From positions 21,150-85,149 of the IMG/VR virus record IMGVR_UViG_3300044467_000006: 64,000 nt of DNA. One strand, written 5' to 3'. The notes below the pieces were generated by a model. That model was not told the origin of the DNA. It searched no databases and saw nothing but the letters and a program-made list of their open reading frames with translations. Below, one piece after another: positions 56,801 to 64,000 of the stretch; position 1 is the first letter of the stretch, and the number at the start of each line of letters is the position of its first letter. Position numbers and translations under genes: made by a program. Source of the DNA: a virus.

Positions 56801-57001
56801 CTTATTTAGGCGCGCGGCTTCATAAAGCTCCCAAACCAATTCCATGGGACTAGAGTTAGAATCAGGATCCACCCGAATGATGGGAAGGTCGATGCCTAGA
56901 TAGACCTTAATCCACCGATGGAGGTCTTCTAGGGTTTCGGGCTGCACAAAGAGCGCGGCTCTGAGTTCTGCTGGAGTGGGCTTACCTTGGTCGTCTGGCA
57001 T
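53834..57001 (-). CDS. Terminase large subunit containing an intein
   Basis: Walker A-like ARDSFKT; Walker B VVDEVD; nuclease AGIDHG and DAFRY; upstream of the portal. Confidence 0.85.
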   Translation of the reverse strand: MPDDQGKPTPAELRAALFVQPETLEDLHRWIKVYLGIDLPIIRVDPDSNSSPMELVWELYEAARLNKPGYSQVMAYAARDSFKTFSAAIFEVLCLILLERSVAHMAAIEPQAKKSQQYFKKHVSRPFIRDYITSKNERTVEITRYFNEESGENLTKGEFEALLADAQLQYREIKNYVQIIICTIQGANCIDPETMIDTVSGKKAAALVTPGDRLVSMDLATGEYTETEVDFAAFTLKNAMRVSLEGGGSVVLSEDHAVFTRAGWVRARALRLGDSCLSVGASPREDESDAVVLDLPCSSNSSALLGTLLGDSSLTWPRNKKKAKYGKAPRFAVNHCKKQEHYLKRKATVLSAMGIPHSIVPDRRNQIKLFSKTSLKLIPFYDLLYKTGRKAITSEVLELVDLEALAFWFMDDGSGSPELVGSRKDKHLSLATCSFTLEENQLIVDWLKDTWKLDAYVDKVSNGVNQYPIVSLTLDSSRRLSAMLDPYISPGLKYKFPVPSAWMDTKCIVCGDTVSKTNRHGFSGCTKHPRGSLSRTQRVSLKKFESRFGGKISKLEFLGPRYLIDLHLKTEEQKRNFIANSAFLLHNSEHVPVMVVDEVDVVENPDAYEEAKMIPAPINGLMPITLYTSTRKYSWGLVQKELDRAADTGLLVRHWNLIDVTHNCPATRHQPELPKVPIAYSDDTLKAITYDDYKLLDTTEKERYNVAEGYAGCIANCRLFAVCKGRLADIPKCTKCEGNNGVGCRGFPKPVEHTQNTFRKVSLDKAKAQLLCRKPSSEGLIFPNFDREVHMKDPDQMYELVFGEKPKVALDKAAAIEMFKERGARFVAGIDHGFTHNFVVVVGAILGHRLFILDVISQAELELPQKIELCKERVKPIDPEVWADTENPGDNKTLKKEANLRIKEWNKGKGSVVDGISLIRWLLMPSMGRPDEARIFFLKADEGCELLATRVTNYHWTSDAAGRLTNIPDDEDDDEVDAFRYIVLNTFSPKTKVTIGEANLIATQPSPGAFNGQKQYMPETWLRQIISERTGIVYEEEEGDPSDKAGRAGGFSWSF
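55241..56437 (-). mobile_element. LAGLIDADG intein (399 aa) in TerL
   Basis: Begins CIDPETMIDT; LLGTLLGDSS and AFWFMDDGS blocks; ends LLHN followed by +1 Ser. Confidence 0.9.
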
Positions 57002-57480
57002 TACTCCCCCTTGTCCTTAAGGAAAGCTCTAGCTAGCTCCTCGAATGCCTCTACTCCGTACTCGTTTATAGCATTGTTAATGTGCAAACAAACTAACCGA
57101 ACATTGTCCTTGGTGTATCCTTTTTGTGAATCAATCCTATCTATAGACGGAGCCAATCGGTTAAAGCGGGCTCCCGAAGATGGAGGGAGCAGCGACAACT
57201 CCAGTCCGCTCAGGAAACATCTGCCCTTTTGCTTCTCCCACAAAAAGAAGAGCCATTCGTAATCCAAATCAAACAGCATCTTCCATTTTTTAGCCCTAGC
57301 CTTTACATCTGACAAAAGACGCCGAAGTCTGCCCTCCACAGTCACGTAGCGGGCTCTCTTGTTCTGAGCGTCCATTATTCGGAGCCTGTCGCGATGGATC
57401 TCGCGATAAGCCCGCCCAGCTAGCAGTAATTTCTCCTTGTTCTTTTGCCAATACTTCTGGTTGTATTCGCTACTGCTCAT
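57001..57480 (-). CDS. HNH-like homing endonuclease
   Basis: QKGRCFLSG...PSIDRIDSQKGYTKDNVRLVC..IN. Confidence 0.8.
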   Translation of the reverse strand: MSSSEYNQKYWQKNKEKLLLAGRAYREIHRDRLRIMDAQNKRARYVTVEGRLRRLLSDVKARAKKWKMLFDLDYEWLFFLWEKQKGRCFLSGLELSLLPPSSGARFNRLAPSIDRIDSQKGYTKDNVRLVCLHINNAINEYGVEAFEELARAFLKDKGE

Positions 57481-58051
57481 CTGCCGCCCTCAATATAGCC
57501 GCCGCGGCCTTGGGAGTGAGCTTCCCGCTAAATTCAATCACCCTCTTGGTTTCGCCCGTCACTTCCACCTTGTTGCTTTGCCCCGTAAGACGCAAGAGAA
57601 GATCTACCGCATCCCGGTACTGCTTGAGGCTGTCCACCTTGAGAGCACCCAGTTCTCGCTCGTCGCCGGTCTGGATATACTTCTTGAGCTTGTCGCCAAA
57701 CATCTTGTTGGCAGAGGAGAGAAGGTCCGTCGTGAACAGTACAGACTCCATCTGTACTTGCTCGACCCGTTCCCGCACGCCTTCAAACAAGGAATTCAGG
57801 TGAGCTTGACGGCGCTGATCCCACAGACCGTCAACGCGGGCTCGGACAATCATACCCAACTGTAAGTTTGGATTGAGTTTGACGATCTCTTCGCAGGAAG
57901 AACCGTTGAGGTACAGTTCGTATAGCTGGATTTGGACTTTGGGCGCAAGAGGAGGATCTCCTTTGGCGAGGTAGAGCTTGTAAGCTCTGCGCTCCTCTGG
58001 AGAAAGTAGGGCTGTGGGTTCTTCAGGCTGGATTACAATTGCCTCACTCAT
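57470..58051 (-). CDS. Putative terminase small subunit (HTH)
   Basis: HTH-like LYELYLNGSSCEEIVK, helical body, position upstream of TerL. Confidence 0.4.
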   Translation of the reverse strand: MSEAIVIQPEEPTALLSPEERRAYKLYLAKGDPPLAPKVQIQLYELYLNGSSCEEIVKLNPNLQLGMIVRARVDGLWDQRRQAHLNSLFEGVRERVEQVQMESVLFTTDLLSSANKMFGDKLKKYIQTGDERELGALKVDSLKQYRDAVDLLLRLTGQSNKVEVTGETKRVIEFSGKLTPKAAAAILRAADEQ

Positions 58052-58394
58052 AGCTTCTTACGGTTCGTCCCTTGCGGAAAATTACCTTTCCGCGTTCACG
58101 CACGCGGACAACCCAGTCATCTCCTAGGAGCCAACGGGTCCACTTGTCTAGGGCTTCGAATCGCTCCTTGAGGTCGGTTGGCTTCTTCCCCTTTGTTTGA
58201 AGGATGTCGAAGTCAATCTCCTTAGTCTCAAGATTAACACGCTCTTCGGTCTTTTTGGCGTGAGTGAAGAGGGTCAGCGGCCACATTTTTAATTGCAGGA
58301 CTTGAGCTTCATGCAAGACCCCCATACGCTTGGTGAGGTCTTTGAGCATGAGAAGTTGCGACTCTTGGTCCGGGCTTGCGATATTAGGGTTCAT
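58044..58394 (-). CDS. Hypothetical protein
   Basis: 116 aa in the operon. Confidence 0.55.
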   Translation of the reverse strand: MNPNIASPDQESQLLMLKDLTKRMGVLHEAQVLQLKMWPLTLFTHAKKTEERVNLETKEIDFDILQTKGKKPTDLKERFEALDKWTRWLLGDDWVVRVRERGKVIFRKGRTVRSYE

Positions 58395-58536
58395 TCCGTT
58401 TCTCAAAATCTACACAGGAACAGGCAGCAAAGTAGAAAGACTTAGCGACCTTGTCGGCCCCAATCCGCTCTAGTCTTCTAGCCCACTTGCGAAACCAAGT
58501 CTCATAAGACCGGGCTTCCTCTACCGTCATGGTCAT
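58384..58536 (-). CDS. Small hypothetical protein (50 aa)
   Basis: MTMTVEEARSYETWFRKWARR...; fills the gap, coupled to the nuclease stop. Confidence 0.45.
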   Translation of the reverse strand: MTMTVEEARSYETWFRKWARRLERIGADKVAKSFYFAACSCVDFEKRNEP

Positions 58537-59564
58537 CTTTTCTGGAAGCATGATGTGCCGTACACCCTCTCTAGTGCCAGAGTAATTAGCTTATCTGGAG
58601 TCGTGCCCTTCTTACCCGCAAAGGAGCCGACGAACTTCTTGAATGCAACGTCGATGCCGTCTGACTCGCGGACGTGGGCAACCTTGCCGGTAGAGATAAT
58701 CGCGCTGATGCGGACCCTCTTATATACCTTTCGAATCTCGGCTTCGTGTTCCTTAACGAACGCGGCCGAGCCCTCAATTTGAATACGATATAAGTCCTTA
58801 CACAAATCCCCGCGCAGCAAACCAAGCCCGAACTTTGAATTCTCTTCCGTAAGCGTAGCGGACCAGATGCGACGACACCACTTGCTGGTATCGACCATCT
58901 CCTTCTCGGGCTTGCTACGGTCAAGGATCCACATGTGTCGGTCGATGTTGGCATCGCTTAGAGTACGCCAACGAGGAGCCCCGATGTAGGTCACCTTGCC
59001 CAAGGTCTGGGGAGTATGAATGTGCCCCGAGATCGTAGGAACCTCCATCTTGGATGCATCGGCTCCATGGGGAGCAAAGAATCCGTTGTCGTACTTGGCA
59101 CCGTTAAACTCTTGGTGGCAGTAGATAAACTCTGCGTCGGGGAAGAGATCAACTGCCTTGTGGAACTCTTCGGCGCTTGCGTAATACGGGAGGAAGAGAG
59201 TCTTCTCGTCGTCCACGTAAGTCGGACCGTCAATCACCCAACCATCCCACACGTACGAGAGAAGGGCGTGAGGAGTCTGGTGTCCGTTGCCGGGCATGTC
59301 GTGATTGCCCACCAGCATGATGATGTTGGGCTTCTCGTGATCCTCTCGCGGAGGAAGGAGCCTTTGGAGCCCTGAGAGCTTGTCCTTGTAGAAGCCCGTG
59401 ACTCCAACGTTGGTGATGGCAAAGTTGTGATGCATGTCCCCTAGGAACACCACTCGGTCAATGGACTTGTGCTGGACAACATCGTAGATACCTTCAAACA
59501 AGGCAGCTACGTCGTCAAGCTCATCCATCACCGCATGTAGATCGCCAACGATAAGCTCGCGCAT
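58533..59564 (-). CDS. Mre11/SbcD-like metallophosphoesterase nuclease
   Basis: GDLH, GDMHH, GNHD, CHQE and SGHIH motifs; TAATG-coupled start. Confidence 0.85.
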   Translation of the reverse strand: MRELIVGDLHAVMDELDDVAALFEGIYDVVQHKSIDRVVFLGDMHHNFAITNVGVTGFYKDKLSGLQRLLPPREDHEKPNIIMLVGNHDMPGNGHQTPHALLSYVWDGWVIDGPTYVDDEKTLFLPYYASAEEFHKAVDLFPDAEFIYCHQEFNGAKYDNGFFAPHGADASKMEVPTISGHIHTPQTLGKVTYIGAPRWRTLSDANIDRHMWILDRSKPEKEMVDTSKWCRRIWSATLTEENSKFGLGLLRGDLCKDLYRIQIEGSAAFVKEHEAEIRKVYKRVRISAIISTGKVAHVRESDGIDVAFKKFVGSFAGKKGTTPDKLITLALERVYGTSCFQKR

Positions 59565-60055
59565 TAGCGGACGCCCCCCGCAGGAGGCTGAGTGTTCAAC
59601 GAAACAGGAGGCTGAGTGTTCAACGAAAACCAAGGAGTTTGGCCACCAATCGGATAGCTCCAAGCCGTCCTAGCCGTCCTAGCCACAATCTTGACTTCGG
59701 CCACCGGGATGAGGATGAATTCCTGCGTCCCGATTGAGTAGATCGTCTGGGCATCTCGGGTGGCGCACAGGTCGCCGCGCACATACACCGTCGAGCCGGT
59801 CGGGATCTTGTCGGTACCGTACAGGACAGTTAGTGGAGTAAGCTCCACCTTCTGACTGACTACAGCGAAGCCATGCTTTTCCTTCTTCTCGACGTTGTTC
59901 GTCCTGAACTTCTCAACGCCGATGAAGCCGTTGAGGGCTTCACTGGTAGCCGAGTAAATTGTTCCAGTTACGTTGTAGGACTTCTGGCCCAGAATCTGTC
60001 CATCGATAGAGGGCGCGCAATTACAACAGCCAGCAGTATTTCCGCAGTTACACAT
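59564..60055 (-). CDS. Hypothetical protein (possible GroES-like fold)
   Basis: SD GAGGAG; weak resemblance TVLYG...GSTVYV...EFILIPVAEV. Confidence 0.45.
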   Translation of the reverse strand: MCNCGNTAGCCNCAPSIDGQILGQKSYNVTGTIYSATSEALNGFIGVEKFRTNNVEKKEKHGFAVVSQKVELTPLTVLYGTDKIPTGSTVYVRGDLCATRDAQTIYSIGTQEFILIPVAEVKIVARTARTAWSYPIGGQTPWFSLNTQPPVSLNTQPPAGGVR

Positions 60056-61151
60056 TGTTGTTCTCCTCACTAGGTATAGCAGAACCATCAGTGGGGATCG
60101 GCAGTTCGATTCCCTTCATCCTTAACAGCTTCCTCTCGATCCACGTCAACCATTGGGAGGCTTGGTGGAACACGTGCTTGAGTTGAGCATTCTCTACTTG
60201 ATAGTCGGGCTGACAACTTACATCGTCGGCGTATCGGCCAACCGCACTTGATGGACGGCTCTCGTTCTCTGTCTCGGGAGGTGTAGCATCCGCAGAAACG
60301 TGCGAGGCTGCCGCGAGCAGGTTGCTAATTTCAGAGGTGTTGGTCATCTGAGACTTCTCGACCTCTTTGTTGACCTCATCGACCAAATGGTCAAAGTCAA
60401 TCATGTCGAGGCCGCGAACGGGTTGACGGCTGATGGTCTTGTTGGCTCGATAAATCTTGCGCTTATCCTGTGGGTAGAAATGGATCAGAGTCTCGCTGTA
60501 GTTCTCGATGAAGTTACCCACGATGCGACCAATAGCTACCGAGCGGAAGACCTTGGAGTACGGTAGAACAAACTTGTCTACAGCCGACATCAAGCCCTCG
60601 CACGAAATCTGCACCAAATCCATGTAAGATAGGTGACTACGAGGGGTACGGGACCAGAAGATTCGAGCGCGAGAAATTGCGAGAGGCATGTTCATCTCTA
60701 CAATCTCGGTACGCAGCCGAACGATCTCGTCTGCTAGCTTACAAATTTGCCCACCCACCCTATTTCCGCGCCAGTTGCGAGAGGCCATAACATAGCGGAT
60801 GAACTGATAATTAACAGCAAAAGGATAGAGAGCTTTCTCTCTACGCGAACGTAGAGCTTGGGCGATGCGCTCGATAAAAACCTCTTGGCGTTCGCGAAAG
60901 TAAGGACGAGCAGCGAGAATGTTTCCTTTCTCGTCCATGATGGTGGTAATGAACGAGCGGTAAACTCCCGGCCCCCAAGGGTGCTGGATGAGGGTCTTGC
61001 GGAACTTCTTTTCGAGGCCGACCAGCGTTTCCACTTGTTGCTTTTGACGCTCAACGATAGTGATCTCTTCGACGCCGCCGTACTTCTCGATGGCGCGCTC
61101 TAGAGAGCTTGCAAACTGCTTGAAGTGTTGGTCGGAATGGCCTTTACTCAT
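60048..61151 (-). CDS. sigma70-family RNA polymerase sigma factor
   Basis: Region 2: IVEMNMPLAISRAR...DLVQISCEGLMSAVDKF...FRSVA. Confidence 0.8.
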   Translation of the reverse strand: MSKGHSDQHFKQFASSLERAIEKYGGVEEITIVERQKQQVETLVGLEKKFRKTLIQHPWGPGVYRSFITTIMDEKGNILAARPYFRERQEVFIERIAQALRSRREKALYPFAVNYQFIRYVMASRNWRGNRVGGQICKLADEIVRLRTEIVEMNMPLAISRARIFWSRTPRSHLSYMDLVQISCEGLMSAVDKFVLPYSKVFRSVAIGRIVGNFIENYSETLIHFYPQDKRKIYRANKTISRQPVRGLDMIDFDHLVDEVNKEVEKSQMTNTSEISNLLAAASHVSADATPPETENESRPSSAVGRYADDVSCQPDYQVENAQLKHVFHQASQWLTWIERKLLRMKGIELPIPTDGSAIPSEENNNV

Positions 61152-61380
61152 TCTTCCTTCTTGTCTTCCCCGAGAAGATCGATCAGGATCGCGTTTTTGC
61201 GAGGAATGAATCCTTGCTCTTTGATTTGCTCTGCCATCTCCATCCACGCCTTTGCGTAGTAACAGAGGCCGCAGCGCTTAGAGCCATCTAGCAGAGTGTA
61301 GTTAATGTCGTGCCCGCAGGAATTCGGTTCGGTCATGGCTTTTGAACTACTGGCTGCATCGGAATGGCCTTTACTCATTC
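61132..61380. repeat. 22-bp direct repeat TCGGAATGGCCTTTACTCATTC (61132-61153 and 61359-61380)
   Basis: Both copies encode MSKGHSD at gene starts. Confidence 0.9.
61148..61378 (-). CDS. Small hypothetical protein sharing its first 7 codons with the sigma gene
   Basis: MSKGHSDAASS...CGH...CGLC. Confidence 0.5.
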   Translation of the reverse strand: MSKGHSDAASSSKAMTEPNSCGHDINYTLLDGSKRCGLCYYAKAWMEMAEQIKEQGFIPRKNAILIDLLGEDKKEE

Positions 61381-61718
61381 CCCCTCCTAGACTGACCGGG
61401 GCCAGCAACCCCCGTAGGAAGCGGGCGAGGTGTACTGCGGAGCGTGGGAGAAGTGGGCTGCATCGGAAGGTCGTTGATCATGAAATGAAACTTCACTCCC
61501 GGGAAACGATGGTCTTCAAGTTCGATCTTCTTCCAAGGGGAATAGAAGTGAAACTTGCTAAAGTGGGACTCTACGTCGTGCAGCGAAGCTAGATGGCCCA
61601 TACACACCGGGCAACTAAGGGGTTTGAGATACATCCCGTTCTGGGTATAGCCTACGTAATGTGCATCGTTCATGTCGTCGCTCTTTTCATCGTCGAAGGT
61701 TCCATTACACATCAGCAA
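61371..61718 (-). CDS. Small Zn-finger hypothetical protein
   Basis: CPVC...H..SHF; start uncertain. Confidence 0.45.
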   Translation of the reverse strand: MLMCNGTFDDEKSDDMNDAHYVGYTQNGMYLKPLSCPVCMGHLASLHDVESHFSKFHFYSPWKKIELEDHRFPGVKFHFMINDLPMQPTSPTLRSTPRPLPTGVAGPGQSRRGNE

Positions 61719-63169
61719 ATCTCAACATCCGGGTAGATAGATTCATAAATCTCAAGCCGCTCTAGGGCGTGACGGTGAACAAGCTCTATGTTCGCTACAT
61801 CAAAGTCGATGATGGTGCAGTCTGTCTTACCCGGCACAAGCCGAGTACCACGACCTACCGCTTGCCGAACTTGCACTTCCGACTTTCCACCCATGAGGTA
61901 AATAAGGGTTCGTGCGGGCTTAATGTTGGTCCCGAGCCCAATCGCGCTTGTACCAACCAAGATTGGAAACTTGCCGTCGTTGAATTCCTTAACCAGCTTG
62001 CCGTTGTCTGTCGTATGGTGTTCTTCTGGAACATCTCCCTCGTTGTCCGAGTTTAGAGGTCCATGAGCGAACTTGGTTTCGTGGCGCAGATATGGAGTCA
62101 AGAATCTGAACTGCTTAACCTCATCGATGAGGATGAGAACTTGGTGGCCGAGCTTGGAGACAGCGAGGTTGGCAATCCCGGCAGCTTTAGCCAGTACGGT
62201 TGGGTTGTAGAGAAGATGCTTCTGGGTCATCTTCATCGGGTCTGAAGATTCGTAAGGATCGCTACTGGTCGTCTGAATAATTCGGAACTGCGGCTTGGCG
62301 AGGTATCCTTGCTCTACCCCATCTACAACAGTCATCCGCTTGAGGATTGGTCCTGTGATTCCCTTGAGGAGTAGACCCGATCCATCGCCTCTAAGTTGAG
62401 TACCCGAGAGGAAGAAGCGGTAAGGAGCGTTTGCTAGAAGCCCGGTACAGACTTGGTAGAGGGTGGCGGCAGGACATAGGTGAGATTCGTCTGCGATGAA
62501 GACGTTTGTATCTGCGAAAGCAGACCAATCACCCGACCCTCTTTCGATTCGAGCAAGGCTGGCGTGAATAGCGACCGTGATAAGCTTCTCGCTATCCTTC
62601 TTGCCGCCATAGAATCGTCCCACATATTTCTTCCCAAGATAAGCAACAAAGTCGTCATAGAGTTGGTCCGCAATCGAGGTTGTGGGGGCCATCACAACCG
62701 TCTTTAAACCGAGCCGCTTGGCGATATGGAGGATTATGAAGCTCTTACCGAGTCCGGTAGCCATCTCGGCTGCTGCGTGCCTAGAATCGAGGAATAGGGC
62801 CACTGTGTCTTGTTGGTACTGGCGAAGCTCTGGAGGTACTTTCGCCCACGGGATAGTCTTCGCAGGAGGGTAGATTAGGTTGTTTTCGACTTCCAGTCTC
62901 AAAACTTGTGCCACATCTTGGGTTAGCCCTGAAAGGGTATAGTAACCAAGGTCGTCCTTATACAACAAACAAGGACGCTTAAGAGCCTGTAGTTCTTCAA
63001 GCTTTTCAGCATGCTTTTCAGCATCAAACCACGCAGCCTTTTTGAGCCTACGAATCTGATACTCGACAGATTTGTCGGTATACGTCAAGTATTCCTTGAC
63101 AAATTGCTCGGGATGAGCATCATCAGGGATTCTTACTTGAGTAGGCGAGTCCAGCACAAGCTTGCTCAT
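61712..63169 (-). CDS. SF2 DNA helicase (UvsW-like)
   Basis: LRQYQ, ATGLGKS, IADESH, LSGT, QAVGRGTR. Confidence 0.88.
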   Translation of the reverse strand: MSKLVLDSPTQVRIPDDAHPEQFVKEYLTYTDKSVEYQIRRLKKAAWFDAEKHAEKLEELQALKRPCLLYKDDLGYYTLSGLTQDVAQVLRLEVENNLIYPPAKTIPWAKVPPELRQYQQDTVALFLDSRHAAAEMATGLGKSFIILHIAKRLGLKTVVMAPTTSIADQLYDDFVAYLGKKYVGRFYGGKKDSEKLITVAIHASLARIERGSGDWSAFADTNVFIADESHLCPAATLYQVCTGLLANAPYRFFLSGTQLRGDGSGLLLKGITGPILKRMTVVDGVEQGYLAKPQFRIIQTTSSDPYESSDPMKMTQKHLLYNPTVLAKAAGIANLAVSKLGHQVLILIDEVKQFRFLTPYLRHETKFAHGPLNSDNEGDVPEEHHTTDNGKLVKEFNDGKFPILVGTSAIGLGTNIKPARTLIYLMGGKSEVQVRQAVGRGTRLVPGKTDCTIIDFDVANIELVHRHALERLEIYESIYPDVEIC

Positions 63170-63780
63170 TACTTAGCCACCTGTTCATAAATCCTGCGGA
63201 TAACTTTGTTCACTCGGAAATCAATCGGGCCAGTCAAGACTTGAGGAGGATTTGAATCGAGAAGGTGGCGAAGAGGAACGTCGGTTCCGTTCGAATCAAG
63301 GATTTTGTGAATCTTGTCGTCGATTGCTTTACTTTCAGCGGGGTTGTGAATACGTAGCACATCCTGTGAAGACATGGAGTTGACAGGGGTGGCAAGAAAG
63401 AGCGCTTGTTCTTGGTACCAAGGAAACACAACATCCTTCCAGCGCCGAGAGGAGTACATGTTTTTGCGAGCCTCTTCAGACATGTAGAGCAAGGCGTTGA
63501 GAGCAATCGAATCGCAGATGACTATTCCTGACTTGCCAGCAGCACTCTCCATGACGATTTCCATCTCGAACTGAGTCTCGAAAATGCTTAGCTGGTCCTC
63601 GTCGGTCAGTGCAATCTTCTGTCCATCCATGATTTCGTAGAGTCTCTCAGCGATGTAGTACCTCGCGTGTTCAGCGATGAACTCTACGTTGGGTTGTCCA
63701 GACTCTTTGAGTTCAGCAAAGACCTTAGCTGCAATCGTAGTCTTGCCAGAGCGAGGTGAACCGATGAAGCCTATGAACAT
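63169..63780 (-). CDS. P-loop NTPase/nucleotide kinase (NadR/AAA_28-like)
   Basis: GSPRSGKTT; EFIAEHAR; VICDS. Confidence 0.75.
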   Translation of the reverse strand: MFIGFIGSPRSGKTTIAAKVFAELKESGQPNVEFIAEHARYYIAERLYEIMDGQKIALTDEDQLSIFETQFEMEIVMESAAGKSGIVICDSIALNALLYMSEEARKNMYSSRRWKDVVFPWYQEQALFLATPVNSMSSQDVLRIHNPAESKAIDDKIHKILDSNGTDVPLRHLLDSNPPQVLTGPIDFRVNKVIRRIYEQVAK

Positions 63781-63892
63781 GATGTCTCCTACACAGAGAT
63801 AGCATAAGACAAGGCAAATCGTAGATGTACGACAATGTAAGCGTCACCAACAAAGAACTTATCTGATCTTCAGTATTACTACATACTTGATC

Positions 63893-64000
63893 GCCTATTG
63901 GGATCGGTGAATGACCAGCACTAGCAGTGAAGTCTTTTGGGTTCCCTTACTCGTCCCTCGCGAAGCCCCTCGCGAGATGCCTATTGGGATCGGTGAATGA
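63893..64000. repeat. At least two copies of GCCTATTGGGATCGGTGAATGA, 86-nt period, truncated by the window end
   Basis: Exact 22-nt match at 63893-63914 and 63979-64000 in non-coding DNA. Confidence 0.8.

Noticed and set aside
59581-59684. 24-bp tandem duplication (SLNTQPP twice) and GCCGTCCTA repeat
   Set aside because: Small in-frame slippage duplications in a disordered C-terminus; no sign of function.
19743-59695. CAATCTT hits at ~19745 and ~59686 on the plus strand
   Set aside because: Antisense inside minus-strand genes with no downstream ORF; consistent with chance 7-mer occurrences.
62745-62765. LGKS in the helicase as a protease site
   Set aside because: It is the Walker A motif (ATGLGKS), which shows that single K-motif hits can be incidental.
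63893-64000. CRISPR array call
   Set aside because: Only two copies, the second truncated; the 64-nt spacer is long and there are no cas genes in the window.
1-64000. tRNA/rRNA genes
   Set aside because: No cloverleaf or T-loop (GTTCRA) motif seen by eye in the few intergenic gaps; tRNAscan was not run.
1-64000. Stop-codon reassignment, as in some large phages
   Set aside because: Standard-code ORFs are long and tightly packed, and TAG, TGA and TAA all end coupled genes.

Overview
64 kb of a large myovirus-type tailed phage genome, roughly 50-55% GC by eye; the host cannot be determined from the sequence. The minus strand carries a Herelleviridae/SPO1-like morphogenesis module: terminase large subunit with intein, portal, MuF-like protein with a Gln-terminal intein, prohead protease, scaffold, major capsid, head-tail adaptors and a partial tail sheath. 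It also carries ThyX, an SF2 helicase, an Mre11-like nuclease and a sigma70-type factor. Two plus-strand islands of early-type genes (NIF3, radical SAM, DNA ligase, Pol-beta nucleotidyltransferase) are read from sigma70 promoters positioned to give leaderless mRNAs. The main finding is a block of head-module genes (about 1.8-46 kb) built combinatorially from a few enzyme domains: 4 GNAT acetyltransferases, 4 PI3K/HipA-like kinases, 3 copies of an unassigned GW[IV]R...E[IV]QxD domain, an R-S-E ADP-ribosyltransferase, an mCpol (Cas10-like) cyclase, a GGDEF cyclase and an HhH-glycosylase-like domain. These domains are repeatedly bracketed by a hydrophobic-x-K/[SAT] motif like the one at the capsid protein's probable maturation site. 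I infer a protease-processed, capsid-packaged effector arsenal that includes nucleotide second-messenger synthases. A candidate late-promoter motif (CAATCTT) precedes structural genes on both strands. All domain calls are by eye from motifs; no searches were run.
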